DNA of 64,000 nucleotides from Calditrichia bacterium (GCA_963796965.1 CAWCNS010000006.1:192001-256000), one strand, 5' to 3'. Shown: positions 21,991 to 34,011, counted from the first letter of the stretch. Program-made: numbers and translations. Notes: generated by a model from the sequence alone, not told the origin.

Positions 21991-23208
21991 TTATTTCTTG
22001 GACTTGACCTTGGCGAATTTCCTTTTTCCAACTTTCAATATAATCTCCTTTTCAACAGATATCGATTGAAAAGGATCTTTAATCTTTTCACCATCTACCG
22101 AAACACCGCCCTGTTGAATTAGCCGACGTGCCTCATTCTTTGAACCCGCTGTCTTGGTTTTAATCAGTAAATCATCAACCCGGCAATTCGTTTCATCGAT
22201 TAATACTAGCTCAATCTGATCCGGCGTCTTTTTTTGCACAAATATGCGTTCAAATTCAGATTCTGCTTCTTTTGAAGCTTTTTCTCCCTGGTACATTTTA
22301 ACCACTGTCCGGGCCAAATATTTTTTTACATCACGCGGATTGGTTTCAGATTTATCAAGGGTTGCCTTTATTTCGGATAGTTCGGACAAAGCAACATCAC
22401 TGATTAACTCAAAATAAGGATAAATCAATTTATCTGGAATGGACATAACCTTTCCATATATCTCTTTCGGCGATTCATCTATACCAATATAGTTTCCAAG
22501 TGACTTACTCATTCGCTGAGTACCATCCAAACCCTCTAAAACCGGTAATGTCAGAACAATCTGCTGCTCAACATTATATTCTTTTTGAATCTGACGGGCA
22601 ATAACAAGATTAAATTTTTGCTCCGTTGCACCTAACTCTACATCCGCCTTTATCATAACGGAATCAAATCCTTGCATAAGCGGGTAAAAAAATTCATGTA
22701 TACTTATAGGTAATTGATTGCCATATCTTTTAGAGAAATCATCTCTTTCCAGCATGCGTGCTACTGTAAATTTTGATGCTAGACTCATTATCTCATCAAA
22801 GGTCATCTTGCTAAACCACTCACCATTAAATCGCGTTTGGGTTTTATTTTTATCCAGAATCTTAAAAAACTGATCCTGGTAAGTTTTGGCATTCTTCATG
22901 ACATCGTCATGGGTTAATCTGGGACGTGTGCTGCTTTTTTCGGAGGGATCACCCACCATGGCGGTGTAGTCACCAATGATGACAACAACTTGGTGACCAA
23001 GATCCTGAAACTGCCTGAGTTTTCTAATTCCCACGGTATGTCCCAAATGAATATCTGGAGCTGTTGGATCAAATCCCTGCTTTATTATCAGGGGTTTATT
23101 TATTTTAATTGAATTTTCAATTTTTTTTACAATTTCGTCTTCCGGCAACAAATCAACGGTTCCACGTTTTATAACATCCATCTGCTCATTCAAACTAGGA
23201 AAAGACAT
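21991..23208 (-). CDS. tyrS: Tyrosine--tRNA ligase
   Basis: GFDPTAPDIHLGH, RMSKS, C-terminal S4 domain (KVGKRKF). Confidence 0.97.
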   Translation of the reverse strand: MSFPSLNEQMDVIKRGTVDLLPEDEIVKKIENSIKINKPLIIKQGFDPTAPDIHLGHTVGIRKLRQFQDLGHQVVVIIGDYTAMVGDPSEKSSTRPRLTHDDVMKNAKTYQDQFFKILDKNKTQTRFNGEWFSKMTFDEIMSLASKFTVARMLERDDFSKRYGNQLPISIHEFFYPLMQGFDSVMIKADVELGATEQKFNLVIARQIQKEYNVEQQIVLTLPVLEGLDGTQRMSKSLGNYIGIDESPKEIYGKVMSIPDKLIYPYFELISDVALSELSEIKATLDKSETNPRDVKKYLARTVVKMYQGEKASKEAESEFERIFVQKKTPDQIELVLIDETNCRVDDLLIKTKTAGSKNEARRLIQQGGVSVDGEKIKDPFQSISVEKEIILKVGKRKFAKVKSKK

Positions 23209-23290
23209 TCAAAACTCTCCTGTACTCTGTTTATCCAGTTAAACAAAATCTGTTTATCCCGGCATGTACGTCATATTTCACACTTGACGT

Positions 23291-23753
23291 CTATATTTTA
23301 AATTTAAATTTTTTTTGTTCTCTTTCCATCTCTCTCTTTGCATCTCGTTGGGCAATAGTGACTTTCTTATCATACTGTCGCTTTCCCCTTGCAACTCCAA
23401 GTTCCACTTTAGCTTTGTTATTCTTGAAATATATTTTTAAAGGAATTAGCGTAAATCCCTTCTCTTCTATTTTTCTTGTCAACTTTTTTATTTCATTACG
23501 ATGTAATAACAGTCTTGCGTTCTCGTAATGGATCATGATTTTGAATTGACGCCTCCTTGTAGGGAGAAACATGCATACCAATGACCCATATTTCTCCTTT
23601 TATTACCCGGGCGTAAGAGTCGGATAAATTAACGCGGCCGATACGGAGCGATTTGACCTCACTCCCGACTAAGACAAGACCAGCTTCTATGCTATCAGTG
23701 ATTTCATATTCGTGTCTGGCTTTTCTATTTGTTACAACAACCTTCTCGCTCAT
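23291..23753 (-). CDS. smpB: SsrA-binding protein, one frameshift near 23515
   Basis: NRKARHEY, EAGLVLVGSEVKSLR, LLLHRNEI, ARGKRQYDK. Confidence 0.94.
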
Positions 23754-23905
23754 GTCAACTCATCTTTCTATCTACAATATTTTACCCTTAACCAACCTAC
23801 ACTGCATGAGAAACGCCAAACATATAAAAAATATCTTCTGCGAGCAAGTAAGCCAGCCAAAAGATTGCTTTTAGTTTTACGTCTGACTAAATTTATAATT
23901 CATAT

Positions 23906-23989
23906 GCGAAAGTGGCGGAATTGGTAGACGCGCTAGGTTCAGGGTCTAGTGGGCGCAAGCCCGTGGGGGTTCAAGTCCCCCCTTTCGCA
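23906..23989 (+). tRNA. tRNA-Leu(CAG), CCA not encoded
   Basis: Acceptor stem GCGAAAG/CTTTCGC, D-loop GGAATTGGTAGAC, anticodon arm CTAGG-TTCAGGG-TCTAG, long variable arm GGGCGCAAGCCC, T-arm GGGGGTTCAAGTCCCC. Confidence 0.96.
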
Positions 23990-24082
23990 CTCAGATTTTT
24001 TCTAATATACCTACCTGATGTCATTTCCGAATGCAATACTATTATGTTTAAACTAATCTATCAAATTTAATAAGGATCCTGC

Positions 24083-25584
24083 ATGTTGATCAAATTTATT
24101 ACCCTAACAATCATATATTTATTAGGCAGTTTCTCATCTCCTGGTAAGAATCCCTACGATCATCTTGATAAATTAGCAAGATCTATTCCTCAAAACCCGA
24201 ATTTAATTCATGGTCTATGGAGTCTATATGTACTCGACACACAATCTAACCAGGTTATTGTCGAAATCAACAGTCTTAAAACCCTTGCCCCAGCCTCCAA
24301 CTTAAAAATATTAGTTTCGGCAGTGGCGCTTGATTTATTGGGTGAAAATAAAACATTTAATACCTACCTGGAATACAACGGTAAAATTAATCCGACGGGT
24401 GTTCTTCAGGGCGACTTGTTTATCAGGGGTGAGGGAGATCCTACGCTGGGTTCATCTGAAATAAGTAGTGTACTCTCACTTGACTCTTTATTGGATCAAT
24501 GGGTAGATGTAATAATTTCCAAAGGGATTACAAAAATTAATGGCAATATAATCGCTGATGACTCGTATCTTGACTATATGCCCTTATCCAGCAGTTGGTA
24601 TTGGAGCGATATCGGTAATTATTATGCCGCCAACACCAGTGGGTTATGTATCAATGAAAATCTCTATCATCTTTATTTCAAACCCGGTAAATGGGTTGGC
24701 AGTCAGGCATCTGTTGTACGTACCATACCAGTGGTTCCGGGACTCAGCTTTTTTCAACCATATGAAAACCGGACCGGCAGGTTCTGGTGATAATGGTTTT
24801 ATATATGCAGCACCTTGGCAATATCTTCACCAATTAGAAGGGACAATTCCAGCTGGTGTAAAGGAATTCAAAATAAAAGGTGCTTTGCCCGACCCGCCCA
24901 AGTTTGCGGCACAATCCCTACATCAAAAATTGATTGAAAACAAAATTCAAATAAGTGGTATACCAACCACTATCAGGGAGACGAATACTAATACCACAGA
25001 ACGAAATCTTATATATTCCTCCCCATCACCATTATTAAAAGACATTATTTACCGTCTTAATAAAAAAAGTGTGAATCTATATTCTGATCAGCTTATAAAA
25101 ATTATTGGAAAAGAAATAGGCGGTGTCGGCTCTTTCGAAAAAGGTATTTCTGTCATTGAAGATTGGTTAGAAGAAAAAGATATATATTCCAAGGGATTGA
25201 GTCTACATGACGGATCTGGACTATCCCGGGCCAATACAACTTCTACCAGACTTTTTGCTGAAATGCTTCAACGAATTTGTAACGAGCCTTATTTTGATAA
25301 GCTTTTATAACTCACTCGGTATTGCCGGAGATCCGGACGATATTGGCTATATGAAAAATATGGGGAGAGGCACCCGGGCAGCAAAAAATCTGAGAGCAAA
25401 AACAGGTTCTATTACAAATGTTCGTGCACATTCGGGATATGTATCAACAAAATCAGGAAAATTTTTAAGTTTTTCTATGATTGCAAATAATTATACTGGC
25501 TCTCGACGAAGTGTTGATAAATTACACGAAAAGATTATGGTTGCATTAGCTCAATCTTCCCTGACATTCAAAATATTTGACTAG
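24083..25584 (+). CDS. dacB: D-Ala-D-Ala carboxypeptidase/endopeptidase (PBP4, peptidase S13), two frameshifts
   Basis: PASNLK (SxxK), GEGDPTLGS, KSVN (SxN), DGSGLSR, AKTGS. Confidence 0.9.
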
Positions 25585-25593
25585 AATTGGACT

Positions 25594-25621
25594 ATAGAGA
25601 CGCAATGAATCGTGTCTTTGC
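25594..25621. repeat. Degenerate REP-like palindrome between convergent dacB and asnB
   Basis: ATAGAGACGCAATGAATCGTGTCTTTGC folds as an imperfect hairpin resembling the GTAGAGACGCGAT..ATCGCGTCTCTAC REP type. Confidence 0.45.
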
Positions 25622-25659
25622 AATGAGACCACTGAATTTATAGACGATTAGACAGGCTC

Positions 25660-27325
25660 TCAATAACTGTCTTTATGAATCTTCTTCACAGATCTTCCGG
25701 ATGGATCAATCACTTCACTCAAAGATTTTTCCCAAGCCAACGCTTCTGGAGTACTGCAGGCAACTGATGGACCACCAGGAACACATTCAGCGGCAACATC
25801 ACTTGGAAAATGCTCTGCAAATATTTGACGATAATAGTATCCTTCTTTCGATGTGGGGGTATTAATAGGAAATCTAAAGTTTGCCGATGCCATCTGCTGA
25901 TCGGATATTTCTTCCTCTGTCATGTCTTTTAAGGTATCAATCCAGGAATAACCAACCCCGTCTGAAAATTGTTCTTTTTGGCGCCACAATATTGATTCGG
26001 GTATGTAATCCGTAAATAATTCTCTGAGAATTTGCTTCTCCATACGGCCTTCACCAGCCATTTTATTTTGCGGGTTAATGGTCATGGCGACTTCCAAAAA
26101 TTCCCGATCAAGAAATGGGACTCGTGCCTCAACCCCCCAGGCAGCCATTGACTTATTGGCCCGGAGACAGTCAAATTGATGCAGGCGACTTATTTTTCTG
26201 ACAGTTTCTACATGAAATTGCTCGGCATTTGGCGCTTTGTGAAAATAGAGATATCCCCCGAATATTTCATCTGCCCCTTCACCAGATAATACCATTTTTA
26301 CACCCATCGCTCTGATTTTTCGGGCCATCAGATACATGGGGGTGGAGGCCCGAACGGTGGTCACATCATAGGTTTCAAGATGATAAATTACTTCCTGTAA
26401 TGCATCCAATCCCTCCTGTATTGTGTAATGGAACTCATGATGTACTGATCCTATAAATGAAGCAACTTCTGCTGCCGCGATTAGATCAGGAGACTCTTGC
26501 AGCCCTATTGCAAATGTATGAAGTCTGAGGCCACCAGGCATCAGCCAAATCGTTTGTTTCGATCCGTCGGGCCGCATATTTTTTAGCGATAGCGGCGATC
26601 AGGGATGAATCCAATCCACCAGATAGTAAAATGCCATATGGAACATCAGACATTAGTTGTCTATGCACGGCTTCTTCTAAAGCATGTTTTAACTCTTTTT
26701 TATTTGTCTGATTGTCTTTTACGTTTTTATAGTCAACCCATGGACGATCATAGTATTTTGTTACTCTGCTATCTTTGCTCGACAAATAATGCCCCGGCGG
26801 GAATTCTTCAATAGACTTACAATAATCCGTCAAGGCCTTCATCTCAGAAGCTACATAAAAATTTCCATGCTCATCATGGCCCGTATAAAGGGGAACAATT
26901 CCAATATGATCCCTGGCTATAAAATAATTACCCGTCTTAATATCATACAGAACAAAGGCAAAAATTCCATTTAGTTCATTTAAAAAATCGACCCCTTTTT
27001 CTCTGTACAAGGCCAGGATGACTTCACAATCTGACTTTGTTAAAAATTCATAGTCGGTTTCTAAAGATGATTCTAATTCTTTATGGTTATAAATCTCTCC
27101 ATTAACGGAAAGTACTAATTGTCCATCTTTGCTGTATAGAGGTTGAGATCCGTTTTCTACATCAACAATGGCCAGACGTTCATGGGTGATGATAGCGCTA
27201 TCATTGACAAAAATTCCTGACCAGTCCGGGCCCCTATGTCTTAATTTCCTGGACATGTCCAAGGCTTGTTTACGGAGTTCTGCTTGGTTTGATTTTATAT
27301 TGAATATTCCTAATATTGAACACAT
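25660..27325 (-). CDS. asnB: Asparagine synthetase B (glutamine-hydrolysing), frameshift near 26530
   Basis: N-terminal MCSI (Ntn Cys), [46 protein letters not shown]. Confidence 0.95.
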
Positions 27326-27752
27326 ATTCTAATCTTTCTATTTATATCTCAACTTTTCCTGTTGTATTTCTTGGCTCCTCAACCTGGATATTAAAATTGA
27401 AGAAACGTTAATTTACAGATATTTATCTTTCAAGTCTATATAGATGAGCCATTGAGATCAAATGGTTCTGTAAATTCCCCACTCTATTTTTTGTTTCAAC
27501 CTTTAATCTTTATCAAATGACGGATTCCAGAAAGACCACTACCAGTGGTAACTGACTTCTTTCAGAGGACCATAAATATAAGTGTCTTCAATTGTGGGAT
27601 TGATTCTATATAAGAAACATAATTGTTTTATTTCATTTAGATAGAGAAATAATTAAACTCCATCTTTATAAGAAAAATGTGATCCTGTTAATAAATATTT
27701 CATATAACCTGATTCTTTTATATATTTTTAATAATCAACGAGGAAAATTCGA

Positions 27753-28574
27753 ATGAGTTTTTTACAAATCGATCCTGAATTGGTTAACAGAATACTAAAA
27801 GAGTTTCTTTGGACCGAAACTACTAAGGCCGGATTTAAGCAAGTAATATTGGGATTATCTGGGGGTATTGATTCCGCAGTTGTGGCATACCTATGTGCTC
27901 AGACATTTGCCCCGGAGAATGTGACTGCCTTAATAATGCCTTACCGGACCAGCAATCCTGAAAATATGGACCACGCAAAAATGATCGCCAAAGATCTTAA
28001 AATTAATAGTGAGGTTCTAGATATTTCTCCAATGATTGATGCTTTTTTTAAATCTGACCCTGATGCTGATATGCTCCGGCAAGGAAATCGGATGGCCAGA
28101 GAACGTATGTGCTTTCTTTACGATTACTCATCTAAACATCGTTCCCTGGTTATGGGCACAAGTAATAAAACGGAACTTCTTTTAGGATATGGTACGATTT
28201 TTGGTGATCTGGCCAGTGCTATAAATCCAATTGGTGATTTATATAAAACACAAATCTGGCAATTGGCAGAGTATCTCAAGGTTCCAAAAGATGTCATCGA
28301 AAAGCCCCCATCTGCTGATCTTTGGGCCGGGCAAACAGATGAGGATGAAATCGGCTACACCTATGACAAAATCGATACACTTCTACATTATTTGGTAGAT
28401 CTTCGTTATTCCCGGGAGATGTTGATTGAACAGGGGTTTCCACAAGAGATGATTGATGATATTCAAAAGCGTCTTCAAATATTTCAATTCAAACGTCGCC
28501 CACCAATAATTGCCAAATTATCAAATCGAACAATAAACCAGGATTTTCGATACTGCAGGGACTGGGGAGTTTAG
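27753..28574 (+). CDS. nadE: NH3-dependent NAD+ synthetase
   Basis: [38 protein letters not shown]. Confidence 0.94.
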   Translation: MSFLQIDPELVNRILKEFLWTETTKAGFKQVILGLSGGIDSAVVAYLCAQTFAPENVTALIMPYRTSNPENMDHAKMIAKDLKINSEVLDISPMIDAFFKSDPDADMLRQGNRMARERMCFLYDYSSKHRSLVMGTSNKTELLLGYGTIFGDLASAINPIGDLYKTQIWQLAEYLKVPKDVIEKPPSADLWAGQTDEDEIGYTYDKIDTLLHYLVDLRYSREMLIEQGFPQEMIDDIQKRLQIFQFKRRPPIIAKLSNRTINQDFRYCRDWGV

Positions 28575-28577
28575 TGC

Positions 28578-29279
28578 GTGGAACTTATCGAATCGGGTAC
28601 ACTCTACTTAGTAAGCACCCCTATTGGCAATTTAGCTGATATCACTTATAGGGCTGTCCATATTCTAAGCTCCGTTGACATTATCGCAGCAGAAGATACC
28701 CGCGTTACATCAGTATTGCTTCGACATTATGATATTAAAAAAAAGGCCGTCGCTTACCATAGTTATAACCAACGTCAGCAAACTGAGCGTCTTATCCAAC
28801 TTTTGAAAGAGGATAAATCCATAGCATTGGTGTCCGATGCCGGGACACCGGGTATTTCTGATCCTGCATATACCCTGGTTCGTGGTGCTATAAGCAATAA
28901 TATCCGCATTGTACCCATTCCGGGTGCATCTGCTCTGCTCCCTGCCTTGATCGTATCCGGATTAACTTGTAACAGCTTTGTTTTTGAGGGATTTTTACCT
29001 CTGAAAAAAGGACGAAAAAAAAAGATTGAACTATTAGCCAAAGAAACCCGAACAATCATATTATATGAATCTCCACATCGTATTCTTCGTACAGTAAAAG
29101 AAATACACGCATCTTGGGGCGAACGCCAATGTGTTATGGGTCGTGAGATTACAAAAAAATTTGAAGAATTTTTCAGAGGATCCTTTACTGACCTGATAAA
29201 TAGGTTAGAAGATAAAAAAGCTAAAGGTGAAATAGTTTTAGTTATTGATGGGTCCAATGCAAATGCTGGAAAATTGTAA
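28578..29279 (+). CDS. rsmI: 16S rRNA C1402 2'-O-methyltransferase
   Basis: LVSTPIGNLADIT, AEDTR, SDAGTPGISDP, YESPHR, REITKKFEE. Confidence 0.95.
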   Translation: MELIESGTLYLVSTPIGNLADITYRAVHILSSVDIIAAEDTRVTSVLLRHYDIKKKAVAYHSYNQRQQTERLIQLLKEDKSIALVSDAGTPGISDPAYTLVRGAISNNIRIVPIPGASALLPALIVSGLTCNSFVFEGFLPLKKGRKKKIELLAKETRTIILYESPHRILRTVKEIHASWGERQCVMGREITKKFEEFFRGSFTDLINRLEDKKAKGEIVLVIDGSNANAGKL

Positions 29280-29366
29280 ATTTTTTACCCGAAATCTCCG
29301 TTAATACAGATTCTTACACAAACTTTATCCAAGAAGCAATTTCACCTTCTTCTTTCCTAAAACAAT

Positions 29367-30097
29367 ATGTCAGGACTTTCATCAAAAAGAAAAATACTGT
29401 TTACCATTCTTAAAACATATCTTTACCCGCTGCAGCTGATATGTCTTCACAGACTATAACATAGGTCATCGAAGCTATCTTTATCGGAAACCTATCTACA
29501 GCAGCATTGGCTGGCTTAGGAATTGCCCAACAGATAATTTTACTAACCTTTAGTACATTGTTGTATTGGCCACCCATCAGGTGTTTATCAGAATTCAGGG
29601 CGTCATAACAATGATTTTTTGGGGATTTGGTATTGGATCGATGACACTTGTGGGAAAGAGTCTCGGGGCTGAAGAACTAGGACAGGCGCAAAGAACAGGT
29701 ATGATCAATGGTGTGGTTGGTTTTGGTCTTGCATTGGTAATGGCCACAATATTGTTAAATTTTTCAGATAGAATTGTATCTGTTTTTACCATTGATGAGG
29801 CGGTGATCTCCCTTGGCGAGTCATTAATTTTTATCTTCGCCTTGATCCAACTTCCAAAAGGGGTTAATATTGTTTTCTCTGGAAATTTGAGAGGGAATGC
29901 AGAATTAACTTGGTTAATGTGGTTGGCGGTTTCTACTCTTACTGTAACATGAAATTTTTGGCTCTTGGTTTCTTGCTATCCCTTTGGGTTTTGGCTTATC
30001 AGGATTCTGGGTTATTCAGGGAGTCGATGAATTGACACGCTTTATATTAAACCTATGGCGATTTAATCGAGGAAAATGGAAAGAAATACCACTCTGA
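29367..30097 (+). pseudogene. MATE efflux transporter remnant, internally deleted and frameshifted (or mis-assembled)
   Basis: N-terminal SLPAAAD...IFIGNLSTAALAGLGIAQQI joins almost directly to C-half LATHQV..LVGKSLGA..SGNLRG..RFNRGKWK; ~730 bp versus ~1350 bp usual. Confidence 0.65.
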
Positions 30098-30167
30098 TTA
30101 GCAATCTATCACATAAATTCGAACTAATGCAATTTTTGTACTCAACTAGGCAAAAAATAAGATTGAC

Positions 30168-30818
30168 ATGACTAATAATCAAAGATTTATATCATTTGAA
30201 GGAATTGATTTTTCTGGAAAAACAACTCAGATTGAGCTTCTCCGTAAAAAACTCGAGTCTGAAGGTGCTAGTGTTACTGTTATTCGGGAACCAGGTGGAA
30301 CCCATATCTCAGAACAAATTCGTGATATTTTATTAGATAAAAATCATCAGGAGATGACCGATATTTGTGAAGTCTTGCTCTATAGTGCAGCCCGGAATCA
30401 ATTAGTTACCGAGAAAATCATTCCCGAACTTCAGGCAGGGAACTTTATTATTGCAGATAGGTATGTTGACTCTACAACCGCGTATCAGGGATTTGGTCGC
30501 CGATTACCTCTATATCTTATAAAAAACATTAATCAGGCAGCAACCGGTAATTTATTACCGGGATTGACTTTTTTCCTTGACCTTGACCTCTCGGAAGTCA
30601 GCAAACGCAAACAACAGAGACGTTTGGAAGCCGATCGTTTAGAAGCTTCCGGAGATAAGTTTTATGATCGTGTTTATAAAGGATATCACAAAATTGCCGA
30701 ATTAGAACCTGAGAGGATAAAAATTATACAAGCTGGGAACCCAATTAATGAAATTTTTAAGGAGATTTGGGAATTTGTGTCCTTAAAATTAGATTTAAAT
30801 AGTATAGAACTTAAATAG
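30168..30818 (+). CDS. tmk: Thymidylate kinase
   Basis: FISFEGIDFSGKTTQ, REPGGT, DRYVDST.AYQG. Confidence 0.95.
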   Translation: MTNNQRFISFEGIDFSGKTTQIELLRKKLESEGASVTVIREPGGTHISEQIRDILLDKNHQEMTDICEVLLYSAARNQLVTEKIIPELQAGNFIIADRYVDSTTAYQGFGRRLPLYLIKNINQAATGNLLPGLTFFLDLDLSEVSKRKQQRRLEADRLEASGDKFYDRVYKGYHKIAELEPERIKIIQAGNPINEIFKEIWEFVSLKLDLNSIELK

Positions 30819-30827
30819 GTAGAAAGT

Positions 30828-32510
30828 ATGAATCGAAAAAATGTAATAATTACCCTTTTTAGCATCTTCGTTCTGATAACGCCATTGGTTTATCAGTCAA
30901 CCTACCTGCAAGCAGAAGAAAATGACTATTATTCAAAAATCCGTAAAGGCTTAAAATATTTTCAAAAAGTCTATGACCGGGTTCAATCACATTATGTTGA
31001 AGAGATTGATCCATACGAATTTGTAAAGGCAGGAATTGAAGGAATGCTTGAAACCCTTGACCCCTATACCGTCTTTATTGAGGAAGATGGTGAGGCACGT
31101 CTAAGGATTATCACGACTGGTAAATATGGTGGACTCGGGATGGAAATTGGCACACGTAATGATCGTGTAACTATTATCAGCCCAATGGACAATTCGCCCG
31201 CAAAAAAAGCTGGAATACAAGCGGGTGACATGATTGAGAAAATTAATGATGTTAATGTTAGCAAATTTTCTTTGGAGAAAATATCTCGCAAATTGCGTGG
31301 CCCGATCGGAAGCGAAGTAGAATTAACACTTAAACGACCGGGATATAAGGGTGAAATAATCATGCGCATCAACCGAGCTGAAATTGTCATTGAAGATGTT
31401 AATTATTCCGGATTTATTGAACCCGGAGTGGCCTATGTACGCCTAACCGGTTTCACCGACAAAGCAGGAACTGAATTGCGAAAAGCTATCAATGATCTCC
31501 GGGAAAATGGTACTATAAATGCCTTTATTTTGGATTTGCGTGGGAATTCAGGGGGTCTGTTAGAAGCTGCTGTTGAAGTTCTGGGTGTATTTTTGCCCAA
31601 AGGAACAACTGTTGTTAAAACCAAGGGATTTCGTGATGGTGAGCATTCCTTCGAAACACATACAACACCGATGCTCTTGAACACACCTCTCGCCCTAATG
31701 GTAGACAGAGGGAGCGCCAGTGCATCAGAAATTGTTGCCGGAGCCCTACAGGATCTTGATAGAGCCATTATTGTCGGTACCAGAACATTTGGCAAGGGAT
31801 TGGTTCAAAAGGTGTATAATATAGATAAAAACAGCAACACAAAAATCAAAATTACGACAGCAAAATACTATATTCCTAGTGGACGTTGCGTACAAAAGCA
31901 AAACTATACCAATAACAAAGCTGTGTTTTATAACACATCAGAGGATACAATCGGAGCGACAATTGACAATCAAACATTTTATACAATCAATAAAAGGATT
32001 GTATATGAGGACGGTGGGGTAACACCTGACAGGATTGTTGCTAATGAAGAAATACCTGCCGTTGTAACCGAATTGTGGCGACAAAGTTTATTATTCAATT
32101 TTACCGTTGACTATCATCAGGAACATGCTAATTGGGAGAGTGATCTGGACATCTCCGATAAAATTTTTAATGAATTCGTATCCTTTGTTAAAAGGAAAGA
32201 GTTTGAGTACCAGATTGAGGGTGAAAGTGAACTGCTTACATTCCTTGACACCGCCAGGGAGAATGATTTTCCAACAGATATCATCAATACCTCTGAAGAT
32301 CTTCTTGAGCGTTTAAATAGTATAAAAGGTACTGATTTGGTTGTCCACAAACAGGCTATTAAGGATATTCTTCTACCGGAACTTGTAGAAAAATATTTAG
32401 GTGACCACGAACGTATTCGCTTTAGTCTCAAAAATGATGAACAGGTCTACGAAGCAATAGACGTGGTGTTAAATAAAAGTGAGTATAAAAAGATTCTTGC
32501 AATAAAATAA
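30828..32510 (+). CDS. Carboxyl-terminal processing protease (S41A, PDZ)
   Basis: LDPYT, GGLG PDZ, LDLRGNSGGLL, SASASEIVAGALQD, TFGKGLVQ, TAKYYIPSGR. Confidence 0.93.
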   Translation: MNRKNVIITLFSIFVLITPLVYQSTYLQAEENDYYSKIRKGLKYFQKVYDRVQSHYVEEIDPYEFVKAGIEGMLETLDPYTVFIEEDGEARLRIITTGKYGGLGMEIGTRNDRVTIISPMDNSPAKKAGIQAGDMIEKINDVNVSKFSLEKISRKLRGPIGSEVELTLKRPGYKGEIIMRINRAEIVIEDVNYSGFIEPGVAYVRLTGFTDKAGTELRKAINDLRENGTINAFILDLRGNSGGLLEAAVEVLGVFLPKGTTVVKTKGFRDGEHSFETHTTPMLLNTPLALMVDRGSASASEIVAGALQDLDRAIIVGTRTFGKGLVQKVYNIDKNSNTKIKITTAKYYIPSGRCVQKQNYTNNKAVFYNTSEDTIGATIDNQTFYTINKRIVYEDGGVTPDRIVANEEIPAVVTELWRQSLLFNFTVDYHQEHANWESDLDISDKIFNEFVSFVKRKEFEYQIEGESELLTFLDTARENDFPTDIINTSEDLLERLNSIKGTDLVVHKQAIKDILLPELVEKYLGDHERIRFSLKNDEQVYEAIDVVLNKSEYKKILAIK

Positions 32511-32538
32511 GTTTTAAATTAAAATAAGTTTATATCTT

Positions 32539-32568
32539 AAAAGGATTGAATTACTCAATCCTTTTTTT
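32539..32568 (+). terminator. Rho-independent terminator
   Basis: AAAAGGATTGA-ATTAC-TCAATCCTTTT hairpin followed by a T-run. Confidence 0.8.
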
Positions 32569-32589
32569 ATTGCCCAAAAGCGACTTTTC

Positions 32590-34011
32590 ATGAAATCTAA
32601 GATAAAGAAAAACACTAAAAGAGTATTTGAGGAATTAGCTGCCCTTGCTGATGAACTCGGTCTGGAAATTCACGTTGTCGGCGGATATGTCAGAGATTTA
32701 TTACGTGGACACGATGGATTAGATATGGATTTTGTTATTGTCGGTGATGCGATCAGATTTGGTTTAGAATTCAAAAAGCGAAAGAAGGCTGGTTCTTTTG
32801 TCACGTATCCGCGATTTGGTACCTGCATGTTAAAATATAAAAACCACCAGCTTGAATTTGTTTCTGCCCGTAGCGAATCCTATGAGGAGAATTCCCGCAA
32901 GCCAGAAGTAAAAATGGCCGACTTGCTTTCTGATCTGAGCCGCAGAGATTTTACTATTAATGCCATGGCCATGAATATTCAACCCGATCATTGGGGAGAA
33001 ATAGTTGATCCTTATGATGGTCAAAAGGACCTGAAGATCGGTTTAATCAAAACACCATTGGATCCAGAGCGTACTTTCTCGGATGATCCTCTGAGGATGA
33101 TGCGTGCTATACGATTTGCCACACAATTTTCCTACCAAATCGATCCCACCACCTTAGACGCGATAAAAGCAACATCAAACAGAATTGGGATAATTTCACA
33201 GGAAAGGATAACAGCTGAATTTAATAAAATACTTCTTACTAACAAACCGTCCGCTGGCTTAAACCTCCTGGAGCAAACAGGTTTATTGGATAGGTTTTTT
33301 CCAGAGATGACTTCAACGCGAGGCATAGAGCAAAGAGAAAAGTACCATCACAAGGACGTCTTTTATCATACACTTCAGGTTGTTGACCAGATAGCAGAAG
33401 TATCGGATAATTTGGCTCTCCGACTTTCCGGTGTTTTTCATGATATCGCTAAACCAAATACAAAGCGATTTAATAAGAAAAGTGGATGGACTTTTTATGG
33501 TCATGAAGTTGTTGGCGAAAGAATGTCGGCATCAATTTTGCATAGATTAAAATATTCTAGGGAGGTTATAAGCTATGTGAAAAAGATGGTGCGGCTTCAT
33601 CTCCGACCCATGGCACTTGTCAGTGATGAGGTTACTGATTCTGCCATCCGGCGTTTGTTATTCCTGGCAGGTAATTCTTTTGATGATTTAATGGTTTTAT
33701 GTAAGGCTGATATTACATCAAAGAATCCCGAAAAGGTAAAACGTTATCTGAAGAATTATGAAATAGTGATGGAGAAAGCACAAGAAGTAGAAGAAAAGGA
33801 TCAATTGCGTGCTTTTAAGAGTCCAGTAGATGGAAATGAAATCATGACCATCTTTAATCTCAAACCCGGTCCTCTCATTGGTGTTATTAAAAAATATATC
33901 GAAGAAGGTATCCTTACCGGGGCGATTGAAAATGATCATGATGCCGCTTTAGACTATCTGCATACTACCAGAGACGAGTTATTATCAAAGATTGATTCTG
34001 AATCGAATTAA
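32590..34011 (+). CDS. cca: CCA tRNA nucleotidyltransferase with HD domain
   Basis: VGGYVRD, DMD, RRDFTINAMA, DDPLRMMRAIRF, HDIAK. Confidence 0.88.
   Translation: MKSKIKKNTKRVFEELAALADELGLEIHVVGGYVRDLLRGHDGLDMDFVIVGDAIRFGLEFKKRKKAGSFVTYPRFGTCMLKYKNHQLEFVSARSESYEENSRKPEVKMADLLSDLSRRDFTINAMAMNIQPDHWGEIVDPYDGQKDLKIGLIKTPLDPERTFSDDPLRMMRAIRFATQFSYQIDPTTLDAIKATSNRIGIISQERITAEFNKILLTNKPSAGLNLLEQTGLLDRFFPEMTSTRGIEQREKYHHKDVFYHTLQVVDQIAEVSDNLALRLSGVFHDIAKPNTKRFNKKSGWTFYGHEVVGERMSASILHRLKYSREVISYVKKMVRLHLRPMALVSDEVTDSAIRRLLFLAGNSFDDLMVLCKADITSKNPEKVKRYLKNYEIVMEKAQEVEEKDQLRAFKSPVDGNEIMTIFNLKPGPLIGVIKKYIEEGILTGAIENDHDAALDYLHTTRDELLSKIDSESN

Noticed and set aside
23906..24082. tRNA-Leu as an integration site
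   Set aside because: No integrase and no duplicated tRNA 3' end seen; housekeeping dacB follows.
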